This document shows positions 39,682-54,270 of a stretch of 64,000 bases of DNA, piece after piece. This DNA is from Eledone cirrhosa (taxonomy: Eukaryota). The notes under the pieces were generated by a model. It was not told the origin of the DNA and searched no databases. It was given only the letters and a program-made list of their open reading frames with translations. The position numbers and the translations under genes are program-made. The DNA is taken from NCBI GenBank assembly GCA_964016885.1, contig OZ024746.1, positions 41,354,001-41,418,000 on the forward strand. Reading direction: 5' to 3'. Within the stretch, counting starts at the first letter, position 1; each line of letters begins with the position of its first letter.

Positions 39682-40018
39682 GAGGCACATGGCTTAGTGG
39701 TTAGAGCATTGGCCTTGCAATCGAAAGGTTGTGAGTTCAATTCTCAGACCGGGTGATGTGAGCAAGACACTTTATTTCACATTGCTCCAGTTTACTCAGC
39801 TGCAGAAATGAGATGATAGGGACTGGGGTCCAAATCATTCCACTGCAAAGTCGTCGTGGAGGTGCCACGGCAAAAAAGCACCCAGCATTCACTGTAAATG
39901 AGGTTGGTGTTAGGAAGGGCATCCAGCTGTAGAAATCAAGCCAGAATCAGTTCCCGTCCCACCCTTGCAAGCAGGGAAAAAGCGGACGTAAAATGAAATG
40001 ATAAATGAAATGAAATGA
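39682..40018 (+). mobile_element. tRNA/CORE-type SINE with RTE-derived tail (also 57285-57722 -; head-sharing relative 49745-50077 -)
   Basis: tggcttagtggttagagc (A box), gagttcaattctc (B box), gagcaagacactttatttcacattgctccag (CORE-like), then ggtgttaggaagggcatccagctgtagaaatc tail. Confidence 0.85.
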
Positions 40019-40285
40019 TTTTCCCTGCTTGCAAGGGTGGGACGGGTCCTATTCAGCACAGCATCTTGTCACAGTCCTTCGTCATCTCCATCCGTGAGTT
40101 TCAGCGATCTGAGGTCTGCTCTCACCACTTCCGCCCATATTTTTTGTGGTCTTCCTCTACCGCGTCTTCCTTCTACTGGGATTTCTTGGCACTTCTTTAT
40201 CCAGCGGTCATCCTCCATGCACATCACATGTCCATACCATCTCAGTCTTCTCTCCTGCACATCACAACTTATCCCTCTTATACCC
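40019..40285 (-). mobile_element. RTE LINE 3' fragment
   Basis: Reads GIRGISCDVQERRLRWYGHVMCMEDDRWIKKCQEIPVEGRRGRGRPQKIW. Its (GAT)n tail lies at 39655-39680. Confidence 0.88.
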
Positions 40286-40561
40286 ACTAGTACTTTATTT
40301 TATTGACCCTGTAAGGATGAAATGCAAAACTAACTTCGGCTGGATTTGAACTCAGAATGTAAAGAGCCGTAACTCGATGCTGCGAAGCATGTTGTCTGAT
40401 GCTCTATGGATACTGCCAATGTACCACCTTTAATAATAATATCAATAATAAAAATAATAATGTATGAATATAACTTCACTCAAGTATTAAGAATTGATTT
40501 GTTCTGTGATGACCTGTCCAACCCAGCATGGACAAGGGAATGTCAAATGATTACAAAGAAG

Positions 40562-40654
40562 GTGATTATGACAATGATGACAATGATGATGATGATGATG
40601 ACAATGATGACAATGATGATGATGATGATGACAATGATGATAATGATGATGACA

Positions 40655-40691
<37 letters not shown>

Positions 40692-40768
40692 CAATGATGA
40701 TGATGATGATGTTGATGACGACAATCATAATAATGATGATAATGATGATGACAGTGATGATGATGACA

Positions 40769-40805
<37 letters not shown>

Positions 40806-42108
40806 CAATGATGACAATAATGATGATGATGATGTTGATGACGACAATCATAATAATGATGATAATGATGATGACAGTGATGATGATGACAATGATGATG
40901 ATGATGACAATGATGATGATGATGATGACAATGATGACAATGATGCCAATGATGATGATGATGATGACAATGATGCCAATGATGATGATGATGATGATGA
41001 CAATGATGATGACAATGATGATGATGATGATGACAATGATGATGATGATGATGACAATGATGACAATGATGATGATGATGATGACAATGATGACAATGAT
41101 GATGATAATGATGACAATGATGATGACAATGATGACAATGATGCCAATGATGATGATGATGATGACAATGATGACAATGATGACAATGATGACAATGATG
41201 ATGACAATGATGACAATGATGACAATGATGACAATGATGATGACAATGATGATGATGATGATGACAATGATGATGATGATGATGACAATGATGACAATGA
41301 TGACAATGATGATGAAGATGACAACAATGATGATGGTGATGTTGATGATGATGATGATAGTGATGGTGGTGGTAGTGGTGGTGGTGATGGTGGCGGTGGT
41401 GGTGATGGTGGCGATGGTGGTGGTGGTGGTGGTGATGGTGGCGATAGTGGTGGTGGTGGTGGTGGTGGTGGTGGTGGTGGTGGTGGCGATGGTGGTGGTG
41501 GTGGTGATGGTGGTGGTGGTGGTGGTGATGGTGGCGATAGTGGTGGTGGTGGTGGTGGTGGTGGTGGTGGTGATGGTGGCGGTGGTGGTGGTGGTGGTGG
41601 TGGTGGCGATGGTGGTGGTGGTGGTGGTGGTGGTGATGATGGTGGCGATGGTGGTGGTGGTGGTGGTGGTGGTGATATGGTGGTGGTGGTGGCGGTGGTG
41701 GTGGTGGTGGTGGTGGTGGTGGTGGTGGTGATGGTGATGATGGTGGCGATGGTGGTGGTGGTGGTGGTGGCGATGATGGTGGTGGTGGTGGTGGTGGTGG
41801 TGATGGTGGCGGTGGTGGTGGTGGTGGTGGTGGTGGCGATGGTGGTGGTGGTGGTGGTGGTGGTGATGGTGGCGATAGTGGTGGTGGTGGTGGTGGTGGT
41901 GGTGGTGGTGATGGTGATGATGGTGGCGATGGTGGTGGTGGTGGTGGTGGCGATGATGGTGGTGGTGGTGGTGGTGGTGGTGATGGTGGCGGTGGTGGTG
42001 GTGGTGGTGGTGGTGGTGGCGATGGTGGTGGTGGTGGTGGTGGTGGTGATGATGGTGGCGATGGTGGTGGTGGTGGTGGTGGTGGTGATATGGTGGTGGT
42101 GGTGGCGG

Positions 42109-42139
<31 letters not shown>

Positions 42140-44003
42140 GATGATGGTGGTGATGGTGGCGGTGGTGGTGGTGGTGGTGGTGGTGGTGGTGATGATGGTG
42201 GTGATGGTGGCGGTGGTGGTGGTGGTGATGGTGGTGGTGGTGACGATGGTGGTGATGGTGGCGGTGGTGGTGGTGGTGGTGACGATGGTGGCGATGGTGG
42301 TGATGATGGTGGCGATGGTGGTGATGATGGTGGCGATGGTGGTGGTGGTGATGGTGGTGGTGGTGGTGGTGGTGGTGGCGATGGTGGTGGTGGTGATGGT
42401 GGTGGTGATGGTGGCGATGGTGGTGGTGGTGGTGGCGATGGTGGTGATGATGGTGGCGATGGTGGTGGTGGTGATGGTGGTGGTGGTGGTGGTGGTGGTG
42501 GCGATGGTGGTGGTGGTGATGGTGGTGGTGATGGTGGCGATGGTGGTGATGATGGTGGCGATGGTGGTGATGATGGTGGCGATGGTGGTGGTGGTGATGG
42601 TGGTGGTGGTGGTGGTGGTGGTGGCGATGGTGGTGGTGGTGATGGTGGTGGTGATGGTGGCGATGGTGGTGGTGGTGGTGATGGTGGTGGTGGTGGTGAT
42701 GGTGGTGGTGGTGGTGGTGGTGGTGGTGGTGGTGGTGGTGATGATGGTGGCGATGGTGGTGGTGGTGGTGGTGGTGGTGGTGGTGGTGGTGGTGGCGATG
42801 GTGGTGGTGGTGATGGTGGTGATGGTGGTGGTGGTGGTGGCGATGGTGGTGGTGGTGATGGTGGTGGTGATGGTGGCGATGGTGGTGGTGGTGGTGATGG
42901 TGGTGGTGGTGGTGATGGTGGTGGTGGTGGTGGTGGTGGTGGTGGTGGTGGTGGTGATGATGGTGGCGATGGTGGTGGTGGTGGTGGTGGTGGTGGTGGT
43001 GGTGGTGGTGGTGGTGGTGGTGGTGGTGATGGTGGTGGTGGTGGTGGTGATGATGGTGGTGATGGTGGCGGTGGTGGTGGTGGTGGTGACGATGGTGGCG
43101 ATGGTGGTGATGATGGTGGCGATGGTGGTGATGATGGTGGCGATGGTGGTGGTGGTGATGGTGGTGGTGGTGGTGGCGATGGTGGTGGTGGTGATGGTGG
43201 TGGTGATGGTGGCGATGGTGGTGGTGGTGGTGGCGATGGTGGTGATGGTGGTGGTGGTGGTGGTGGTGGCGATGGTGGTGGTGGTGGTGGTGGTGATGGT
43301 GGTGGTGGTGGTGGCGATGGTGGTGGTGGTGATGGTGGTGGTGATGGTGGCGATGGTGGTGATGATGGTGGCGATGGTGGTGATGGTGGTGGTGGTGGTG
43401 GTGGTGGCGATGGTGGTGGTGGTGGTGGTGGTGATGATGGTGGCGATGGTGGTGGTGGTGGTGGTGGTGGTGGTGGTGGTGGTGGTGGTGGCGATGGTGG
43501 TGGTGGTGATGGTGGTGGTGATGGTGGCGATGGTGGTGGTGGTGGTGATGGTGGTGGTGGTGGTGATGGTGGTGGTGGTGGTGGTGGTGGTGGTGGTGGT
43601 GGTGGTGATGATGGTGGCGATGGTGGTGGTGGTGGTGGTGGTGGTGGTGGTGGTGGTGGTGGTGGTGGTGGTGGTGGTGGTGGTGATGGTGGTGGTGGTG
43701 GTGGTGATGATGGTGGTGATGGTGGCGGTGGTGGTGGTGGTGGTGACGATGGTGGCGATGGTGGTGATGATGGTGGCGATGGTGGTGATGATGGTGGCGA
43801 TGGTGGTGATGGTGGTGGTGGTGGTGGTGGTGGCGATGGTGGTGGTGGTGATGGTGGTGGTGATGGTGGCGATGGTGGTGGTGGTGGTGATGGTGGTGGT
43901 GGTGGTGATGGTGGTGGTGGTGGCGGCGATGGTGGTGGTGGTGGTGGTGGTGGTGGTGGTGGTGGTGATGGTGGCGATGGTGGTGGTGGTGGTGGCGATG
44001 GTG
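40562..44003. repeat. (GAT/GACAAT)n array grading into (GGT/GAT/GGCGAT)n array
   Basis: Direct reading. The switch is near 41350. Confidence 0.95.
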
Positions 44004-44134
44004 CCAGCAATCATCATAACAATCATGTACCAATGAAGAAATCACTATTTTTAACAGGTCATTGAAATTATGATGACAGGAAGTTAAAAAGGGATGGAAG
44101 GGCTGAGAGTGGGGTTGGGATGGTAACTGAATCA

Positions 44135-44828
44135 GTGTGTGTGTGTGTGTGTATGTGTGTGTTAGTGTGTGTGCATATGTATGTTAGTGTGTATGTGTGC
44201 GTATGTGTGTGTGTGTGCATATGTGTGTTAGTGTGTATGTGTGTATGTGTGTGTGGAAATGTGTGTTAGTGTGTGTAGGTGTATGTGTGTTAGTGTGTAT
44301 GTGTGTGTATGTGTGCGCGTGTGTGTGTATGTGTATGTGTTAGTGTGTATGTGTGTGTGCATATGTATGTTAGTGTGTATACATGTATGTATGTGTATGT
44401 GTGTGAATATCTGTGTTAGTGTGTATGTGTGTGAATGAATGTGAGTGTGGGTGTACATGTATGTGAATATGTGTGTGTGCATGTGAGTGTGACTGTGTTT
44501 CTGGGTGAGTGAGTTAGTGTGTGAATGAGTGTGCGTGTATGTGAATGTGAGCATGTGAGTGAGTGTGAGTGTATGCATTTTTGTGTGCGTTGTGCGTGTA
44601 AGGGAGTATGTGTGTGTGTTTTTGTGAGGGTGTGAATGTGTGTGGGGGACTGTATGTGTATGTGAGCATGTGTGTGTTTGTGAGGGGATGTGTGTGTATG
44701 TGAGCATGTGTGTGTGTGAGGGAATGTGTTTTTGTGAGGGCATGTGTGTGAGTGTGTGTGTGTGGGAGAGTATGTGTGTGTGTGTGTATGTGTGTGTATG
44801 TGTGTGGATGTGTGTGTGTGTATGTGTG
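44135..44828. repeat. Degenerate (GT)n array
   Basis: Direct reading. Confidence 0.9.
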
Positions 44829-44944
44829 ACCTGGAGATGGCATAGTTCCAGTACATACATCACATACCAACAGAATTGGCTGATCAATGGAATGGATCAT
44901 TTAGTTTGTATTATCACCATTATGTCTTTAACACAATTAAAAAC

Positions 44945-45665
44945 ATTATCAGCACCATCAGCAGCACCATCAGAAGCACCACCACCATCATCACCACCAG
45001 CAACACCACCATCATCACCACCACCAACATTACCACCACCAGCACTAACCACCATCATTACTACTATCGGCACCACCACCATCACCACCATCAGCACCAC
45101 CACTGCCATTGTCACTACCACCACTACCACCATCATCATCAACACCATCACCACCACTCCCACCCACACCACCACCACTGCTACCACCGCCACTGCTACT
45201 ACCACCACTGCCACTGTCACCTACTCCACCACCACCACCATCATCATCACTATCACCATCATCATCATTACCACCACCACCACCCCGTCATCTGTTTTCT
45301 CTGCTATCATAAGTTGGACTAGGGATATCACATTAAGTTAAAAGAAATAATAACTACAATGACAATAATAACAACAACCACAACAGCAGCAACAACAATA
45401 ACTATAATAACAACAACAATACAATGACAATAATAATAACAACAACAATAGATGCAACAACAATAACAACAACGACTTCAGTGACAACAACAGTAACAAC
45501 AACAACAGCAGCAACAGTAACAACAATAACAACAGCTACAACAACAACAACAACAACAACAACTAAGACAACCTCAGCAACAACATTAACATTATCAACA
45601 ACAATGTCAACAACAATAACAGTAACAACAGCCACAACAACAATAGCACCACCACCACCACACCA

Positions 45666-45712
<47 letters not shown>

Positions 45713-45715
45713 AGT
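44945..45715. repeat. (CAC/CAT)n, (CAA)n and (CTA)n cryptic trinucleotide tracts
   Basis: Direct reading. Confidence 0.9.
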
Positions 45716-47089
45716 AATAACCTAATAGTAATGTGATGATATGAAATAGTTTAATACAATACAATTTATAGTTTACTAATTACCAACTCAGATCACTACT
45801 GATTTCCTTTGATGAACTTTATCAATTAGTTTCTTCTGACAGCTGTTCATAGATTACAAGGATTGGCTTCCCTGAATAATATCATAATCACGACTGCCAC
45901 CCTGACTATACTTTTACTACCGTGTGCATCACTTCCATAGATTTGAACTCAGAAGAGAGCAAAAAGAAGAAAATAGATAGATGCATGCTTAGCTGTGTAG
46001 TTAAGAAGTTTGTTTCACAATTATGTGATTCTAAGTTTGATTTCATTGTACAACATCTTGGACAAGTGTCTAATCTAGCCATAGAATGACCAGTACTACA
46101 TAAAAGAAATTTGGAAGTGTGAGGAATTCATCATGTACATAAATGTCCTCATCATCACTATCATTGTTTTTATGTCCACTTTTCAATGTTGGCATGGGTT
46201 AGACAGTTTTTTTATGAGGCAGTATTCTATGGTTGGATGCCCGTTCTGATGCTACATTTTTGTTTCTGTTTTGTTTTAAGTAAGGTAATTATATAATTAA
46301 TCTACATTTATTGAATTGCTGAGCTGCAGAACACAAACAAACATCTCTGGTTGCCCAACGTGTGTCAATGCGAAAACACACACACACACATATATATCTT
46401 CCTTCTGCAATGCTGAAACTGCAATGCTCTGAATGGGCCTCCATCAGTTTCAACAATGAGTGTTACCATGTAGGTGGCTGAGCATTCCACAGACATGTAC
46501 CCTTAATGTAAATTCTCAAAAAGATTCAGCATGTCACAGGGGTGTAACAAGGTTGGTCCTTTGAATAACAGGTACAATCCATTTAACAGGCTTCCATACA
46601 GTTTCTGTCTACCAAATTTCACTCATTAGGTATGGGTTGGCAGGAAACTATGGTAAATGATACTTGCCAAAGGTGCCACATAGTGGGATTGAACCTGAGA
46701 CTTAATAGTTGTAAAGCAAACTTCTTAAATATTTTGCCATGTTGTGACCACCAAATAAAGACAATTATCTCCACCTTACCTTCACTTATTATTAAATATC
46801 ACCTTCTCTCTTACCAACAATCCTCTCCACAACATCTAACATCACAACACTTGGCTGAAGAATGATGGCATTAGATATACACACACTAATGCACACACAC
46901 ACACACACAAAACATCAGTATAGTTATTCACACTTTTATGTGCATACACACAGACACACATATATATATATATTACATTTGAAATTATATTTGTCACGTT
47001 TGAGATAATCTCGAACATGCGCCTTATCCCCTAAGAATAAGCTCAATGAATAAATCTGAGTATTTAATCATTACAAAATAGTGAATGAC

Positions 47090-47173
<84 letters not shown>

Positions 47174-47201
47174 TGATATGTACGTACAATTGAACATATC
47201 A

Positions 47202-47252
<51 letters not shown>

Positions 47253-47753
47253 AATTGTTTTTACTTTTTGGCACAAGGCCAGCAATTACCCCAGTGCATT
47301 ACTGGTGCTTTACTTTATCGACCCCCTAAGGATGAAAGGCAAAGTTAACCTCAGCGTGATTTGAACTCAGACCATAAAGGGCTGTAAATCTATGCTGCTA
47401 AGCATGGCGTCCAGCCCCTACCGATACTGCCAATCCACCACCCTAAAATTATATATATAATTGTTTCTACTTTTTGGCACAAGGCCAGCAATTACCCAGT
47501 GCATTACTGGTACTTTATTTTATCGACCCCGTAAGGATGACAGGCAAAGTTAACCTTGGCGGGATTTGAACTCAGAATGGCAAGGGCCGTAACTCTATGC
47601 GTCAACGCATGGTGTCCGATGCATAGAACTACGGCCCTTGCCATTCTGAGTTCAAATCCCACCGAGGTTAACTTTGCCTTACGGGGTCGATAAAATAAAG
47701 TACCAGTAATGCACTGGGTAATTGCTGGCCTTGTGCCAAAAAGTAGAAACAAT
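47253..47753. mobile_element. Full SINE (47253-47443 -) followed by a head-to-head SINE palindrome (47459-47753)
   Basis: The two arms are reverse complements around a short aacgcatggtgtcc spacer. Confidence 0.88.
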
Positions 47754-48058
47754 TATATATATAAATAAAATTATATATATAATATACAAATGTAATATGT
47801 GAGGTAAAATGTGGACACACATACACACACATATACCTCAACACACACACACATACAGCATCTGTATAGTCTGTAGAGTTATTCACACTTTTGCTATGGT
47901 ATGTATTGAGGTATTGTGGTTGTATGTATGTATCTATGTGTACCAGTGTATTATGTGTGGTAAGATGTGCATGCATGTGTATGTGTATACGTTTACCCAC
48001 ATATACACACACATACACACACATACACACACACACACACACACTCATATATACATCT

Positions 48059-48945
48059 ATCTACTGCAATGTTCTACCCTACCTACCTACCTATCTACCA
48101 ACCACAGCATCTTCCCCGTAAAACCCTCCCTCCACTATCTATCTATCTATCTATCTATCTACCAACTCCAGCATCTATAGTTACATCTACTGCAATGTTC
48201 TACCCTACCTACCTACTTATCTACCAACCCCAGCATCTTCCCTGTAAAACCCTCCCTCCACTATCTATCTATCTATCTATCTACCAACTCCAGCATCTAT
48301 AGTTACATCTACTGCAATGTTCTACCATACCTACCTACCTATCTACCAACCCCAGCATCTTCCCCGTAAAACCCTCCCTCCACTATCTATCTATCTATCT
48401 ACCAACTCCTGCATCTATAGTTACATCTACTGCAATGTTCTACCCTACCTACCTACCTATCTACCAACCCCAGCATCTTCCCCGTAAAACCCTCCCTCCA
48501 CTATATATCTATCTATCTACCAACTCCAGCATCTATAGTTACATCTACTGCAATGTTCTACCCTTCCTACCTACCTATCTACCTACCAACCCCAGCATCT
48601 TCCCCGTAAAACCCTCCCTCCCCTATCTATCTATCTATCTATCTATCTACCAACTCCAGCATCTATAGTTACATCTACTGCAATGTTCTACCCTACCTAC
48701 CTACCTACCTACCTTCATATCTACCTACCTACCTACCTACCTACCTACCTACCTACCTTCATATCTACCTACCTACCTACCTACCTACCTACCTACCTAC
48801 CAATCTATCTACCTACCTACCTATCTACCTACTTACCTACCTACCTACCTATCTATCTACCTACCTATCTATCTATCTACCTACCTACCTATTTATCTAC
48901 CTATCTACCTACCTACCTATCTATCTACCTAGCTATCTATCTACC
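48059..48945. repeat. ~120-bp minisatellite (5+ copies) with internal (CTAC)/(CTAT) tracts, then a (CTAC)n array
   Basis: Unit acatctactgcaatgttctaccctacc...ccccagcatcttccccgtaaaaccctccctccactatc...ccaactccagcatctatagtt. Confidence 0.92.
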
Positions 48946-50181
48946 TGTCCCATTCTTTTGTGCCCTTGTGGCTAATAAAGAAATTTATCTATCTACTTAC
49001 CAACCCCAGCATCTTATCTGTTATCAAAATATCAATTCTAATTTGTTTATTCAAGGACACTTATTAGGAGAGTATCACTTTAGAGTGTATGTATGTTACC
49101 GACCAGTTCAATAAGTCCTTCGATCAACAATTTTAAGAATATCAATAATGACCAGTAATGGTGGCAGCGAAGCTATTAAACACTTTGCAGTCTTTCCTAC
49201 ACCACTGTCAGCATTCAGTTGTCCACCAACAATAAGACTAATGAAAATAATTATTTATTTATCTCTCTTTTGTGTTAGATTACCATATAGATTAATTGGT
49301 TATGTTCTCAGTTGTGCTTACTGTTGTGTATGCACACATATAGAGGAGCACTTCATATATACTCCAATACACATGTTCACACCCACAAACATACACTGAT
49401 ACATACACACAATCATTCACATAGTCATAAAGGCCTTAATATGAAAGCAAATACACACTTACACACACAAAGGCCTCAATATGAAAACAAATACACACTT
49501 ACACACACACACACACACACACACAAAGGCCTTAATACGGAAACAAATACACACAGAAACATACACAGACATATTTCTGCATTATACACACACATACATA
49601 AACACATATGTGTGCATATCTCTCCATCTCTCCATCTATCTAGCTAACCCTTTATTTTCTCTCTCCTTTTCTCTCCCCCTCTCTGTGGAGAAACTGACGT
49701 AAAAACAATTATATATATATATACATATACATATATATATATATAAAGACCCCCTTCGGTCACAAATAACCATGGGATTTGCACCTAGAAAGTTCTCCTC
49801 TGAGGCACAAGTACGGGCAAGGTTGTTTGTAGAAGACCAGCAGTCACCCATGCATATCAGTCTCCCCTCTCCATGCCACCAATGTTGTCCAAGGGCAAAG
49901 GCCGATACAGCTTGGCACCAGTGATGTCACAACTCATTTCGACAGCTGAGTGAACTGGAGCAATGTGAAATAAAGTGTCTTGCTCAAGAACACAACACAA
50001 AGCTCAGTTCAAGAATCAAACTCACAACCTCATGATTGTAAGCCCAATGCTCTAACCACTAAGCCATGTGCTTTCACACGTATATATATATATATATATA
50101 AATATATATATGTAAATAGTCAGATAAATAAAGAGTTTGTGTGTGTGCATGCATGTGTGTATTTGTGCGCATATATGTATG

Positions 50182-50241
<60 letters not shown>

Positions 50242-51569
50242 CTTGTGTGTGTGAGTATAGGTGTATGTGGCAGATACACTGTAATATAAAAATTGTCACC
50301 CGCTAATATCCTAATTAGGTTTACAGTATTAACATTTCATAATTCTGGTCTGAAATTTGCTTGATATATTAAGCTAGCTGACATTTTAACACATCCCTAA
50401 GTATTTTTCAAATAAACCACAGTTTTGGAAAATAAGATCTCCAGTAACCTTCAAATGGACATTTCTTTACAGCTATAATTACAATTATTAAGTAATGAAG
50501 GCAGCAGTATCACATATTAATATATTGAAATTACTATTCACAAAATGAGACTGAAAGTTCAGTAATGAAGTTATATAGAAAAAGTAAAGTTGAATAGTTT
50601 ATGTTCTCTGCTCTGGAGGTTTTTTTTTTTTCCCACTATATAGGAATTAAGCTGCACAAGTATGGTTGTGTAGGCACCATCATGGCTGTGTGGTTAAAGA
50701 GTTCGCTTCACCATACATGGTTTCAGATTCAGTTCTGAACCCAGACATCATTCACTTGCCAAGTGGGATGGACCTAATTAAATCAGACCATAGAAACAAT
50801 GTTTCCATTGGTCTTTCCATTGCCGATACTATCTACCGGTTGCAACACCTGGCAGAAGGAACAACAGGAAATAAAGTGTCTTGCTCAAGGACACAATGCA
50901 TATCCCGGTCTGAGAATTGAACTTGCAATCAGTAAGCCACACACCTTCACTAGTGCTAATAAGGCAACAAATTAATCCTTCCATTAACATATTTCTAATA
51001 AAATACACTACCTAAGTGTTTCAAAGGATTTTGAATAACCCAAATTTCAGATTGATTTTGAAAATTAACCAACTTTGCTATTATTAAATTTGTGTTGAGA
51101 ACATAACTTACCAAAAGGTTTTTACATAAAATTATGATGGAAGGCTTTAATTTAAATATATACAATTTAAAATGAGAGATTTTATATAATTGAATCATGG
51201 TAGTGGGAGGGATCTCTGGTGGGTTGGTAGTGAAAGGGTTAAATAAACAAGTAATAATCTTCTCTAACATAGAGTTTACCAAGAGTCTGATGAGGCAGAG
51301 AAGTAAATAGTCTTCTTCTCTAACACAGAGTCTACCAGAGATTCAAAGCAGGGATGAGAAGGAGATGGGGCATGAGGTAGGGGTTATGGGGTGTCTTGCA
51401 GGGTTGAGAAGGAGAGGGCATATGGAGAATGGAGGGAAATTATCAGAGACAGTAAGGAAAGAAAAAAAAAGAAAAAAAAAACACAAAAAAAAACGAAACA
51501 AAAAAAGCAAAAAGAAATTAAAAAGAATGAGAAAATTAGTTGATAAAAAATACTCAACCATCATTACCT

Positions 51570-51965
51570 CAGTGATATGGGTCTAGATGGTGTCAGAGAA
51601 CACTCCTGGGCATGTAGAAATCCAGGCACAAACTACCTCATGGTTCCAGCAAACAGAATGTTGTCCCTGAGGTAGCAAGGAAAGTGCATTGAAATAGCCA
51701 TTTCAATTTCCGGGGCTCATTTCTGTGGTTGGCCAGTTTTGCCCTGATAGCAGTGAATAAGGAAGTGGTTCAGTGATCAAGAATGCTGGAAGTCTCCACT
51801 GCTACATATTCCGTTACAAAACTATCAGAAAATGGCTGATATTTTAACATCTTGCAATCTTTGGCTTGACAGGCAATGAAGCCTGAGCTGGTAGTCGAAT
51901 GTACCTGGTAGCTATTGGAGAAAATGTTGCTGAATATTGTGTCCCAGATGAGGGGCTTATCACTG
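51570..51965 (-). pseudogene. Probable Penelope-like linker/GIY-YIG fossil
   Basis: Fragments GFIACQAKDCKMLKY, YQGKTGQP and AISMHF in shifting frames resemble the PLE Cys-linker, YIG(E/K)TGR and ..HF motifs. Confidence 0.4.
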
Positions 51966-54238
51966 CTAAATTCTTCCATTTTCTTGATTATTTTGAAAAT
52001 GATTTGCAAATCATAAGCAGTGAGTTTCATTAAAAATATAGTCATGAAAGGGTTAAGTGTATATAAGGGAAATAAGTCAGATGGTCTGTAAGTAAGGTTG
52101 ATTTATTTCAAGAACTTCAGAGATTGATAAGTTCAATAATTAATACCAACATCTGTAAGATTAAGGCAATGATTTGCAAAATATTTCCAAAACTGGAAGT
52201 TGGTGTAACACAGGTAATTTGCTCATAAATTATGGGACCAGTTCAATATAATCAGATAAATTAAAGTGTCTTTATTACAGCTACAACAAAATGCTTACTA
52301 TTGATTTGAACTAGAACTTATGAACTGGTATCACAATATTTTGTATCATCAGCATCTGATGGGATTCTTTTGTCATTTTTTGCTGTTGTTTTAGCATTTT
52401 ACAAGGATATTTTGTAAGATAATACTTTGGTTGTAGATTTATCCTGAATTGCTTATCTTCATGGATTCTATTAAAAATTCATAACACATAGCATAAGAAA
52501 TGTGTTTTATAATCAAACACCATTCTTGCTATCAATCCTTATGGAGAAGAAATTTGGCTTCATTTTTATCAATGTATCAATTTTGATGCTCTTATCTCAC
52601 TAATTCCTCCACAATTTTATGAAAATAAACAATAAAGATAAAAGAAAATAATGTTTGTTGCCCATTTCTTGCAGAAGAAAATATAAAATATTTTAGTTGT
52701 ATGTAATAGAAAGTATTGACAAGAAGATTGAGATCCAAGAAAACAAACTTTATTCAGTAATTGAAAGTGAGTTTGTCAGATTAAGTTACTAAATATCTAG
52801 AAGTTTGATTAACATTGGTTGAGTGGTAGCTTTCTGGTTGAACTCAGTATATTGAGTGGTTGACGGGTTGACAGCTCAGCTCATATACTGGCTAATCAGA
52901 ACCTGACTGGAAGTGTATTGTCTAGTGAGGCATTGCTTTGCCTTTTATAACATGTGAAAATAAATGGATGTATACATGCAGGCAAGCATGTGTAAGTATA
53001 TGTAATGAATGATCTTTGCAGGTGCTGTGTACTGGCAAGTAAATTGTTCTAAGAGGTTTTTGACCTTTTAGAAATATTCTTTTCAAAGAAAGGTTCATTT
53101 TGCTTTCTTCAAAATACAGGTTGGATCTTGTTGAATGCTTGAATGGTTTCTTTGAAAAGCGTGACAGTAATGGATTTTACTAAGTTTCAGAATTCCTGTT
53201 AGAGGCTTGGCATTAAAGAGTTTCCTAAATTTATTCCTCGTCTTTGAAGAGCTTGGTTTTAATGTATTTGGTAAATATAAATTTTGAGTTTTTTAGGCAT
53301 GCTGCTACTGAAAATTGAACAAACTCTAGAATGTATAGTATTTATTTCATCTATCTAGACTGATGAAAAGCAATGTTGGGATTTAAAACTGGAAAGAAAA
53401 AAAGATGAAATTAAATACATCATCACTCTGTATGTATTGTTATCTTATATGATGTTTCAACATTTGTAAATAAACATAGAAAAAAACTAGTTTTTATACT
53501 AGGCTCTTCCTCATAAGTATTAACAGACAGTTCATATTCTCTTAGTCCTCTTACCTCTTCACAGTTATATACATATATTTACTTGTTTCTGTTATTTAGT
53601 CATGAATCAGCTCTGAATGACTTGGCTTGTTGGAGGTGTTCTAATCATGATAGTCCATTTTTTTTAAATATTAGGAATAGCATTGTCTAATGTGTCTTAT
53701 TTGAAAGACATTGATGTTTGATTTGTCTGGGATTTGATTACTGTTTTCATCATGTTGAATGATTTCATGATGACTTCCTTGTTTCAGGCTTTACATGGAT
53801 GTATGGCGTATATGTGTGTATGCATGCAAATATATATTATAAGCAAGGCAGATCCTTGGCCAATCTGGGAGATCTGTATCCTGCTTCAGTACTGACATGG
53901 ATTATAGAGACCTGTCCAACACTTGCTAGCAGGGAAAATGGATGTTAAAACAATGATGATGATATGTTAAATTTAAATACGAATACTTTAAAACAGGTGG
54001 TTTTGTAACATAGAACACAAGTAGTTATCAGGTATCAAAACATATGTTCATACCATTTATACATATATATGGTTCCTGATGACAAATGGAGATTAAAACA
54101 TTGTGTTTTATTTAACTGCCCTCTCAAGAAAAGATGAGACTGCGAGACTAAAAAATGTAATCATTAGCATTCTTTTAAAAAATTTAGGTGTGTTGTTTAA
54201 TTTTGATTTGTTGATTCATGTGTATCTAATTTGTAAAG

Positions 54239-54270
<32 letters not shown>

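Noticed and set aside
40406-44045. Poly-Asp/Gly, poly-His, poly-Thr and poly-Pro ORFs resembling biomineral or beak proteins
   Set aside because: Microsatellite open in most frames, with no signal peptide or codon diversity. It starts at a retroelement terminus.
52675-52766. Good acceptor (ttcttgcag) and donor (gtgagt) pair
   Set aside because: All frames from this acceptor contain stops. A UTR exon cannot be supported without RNA data.
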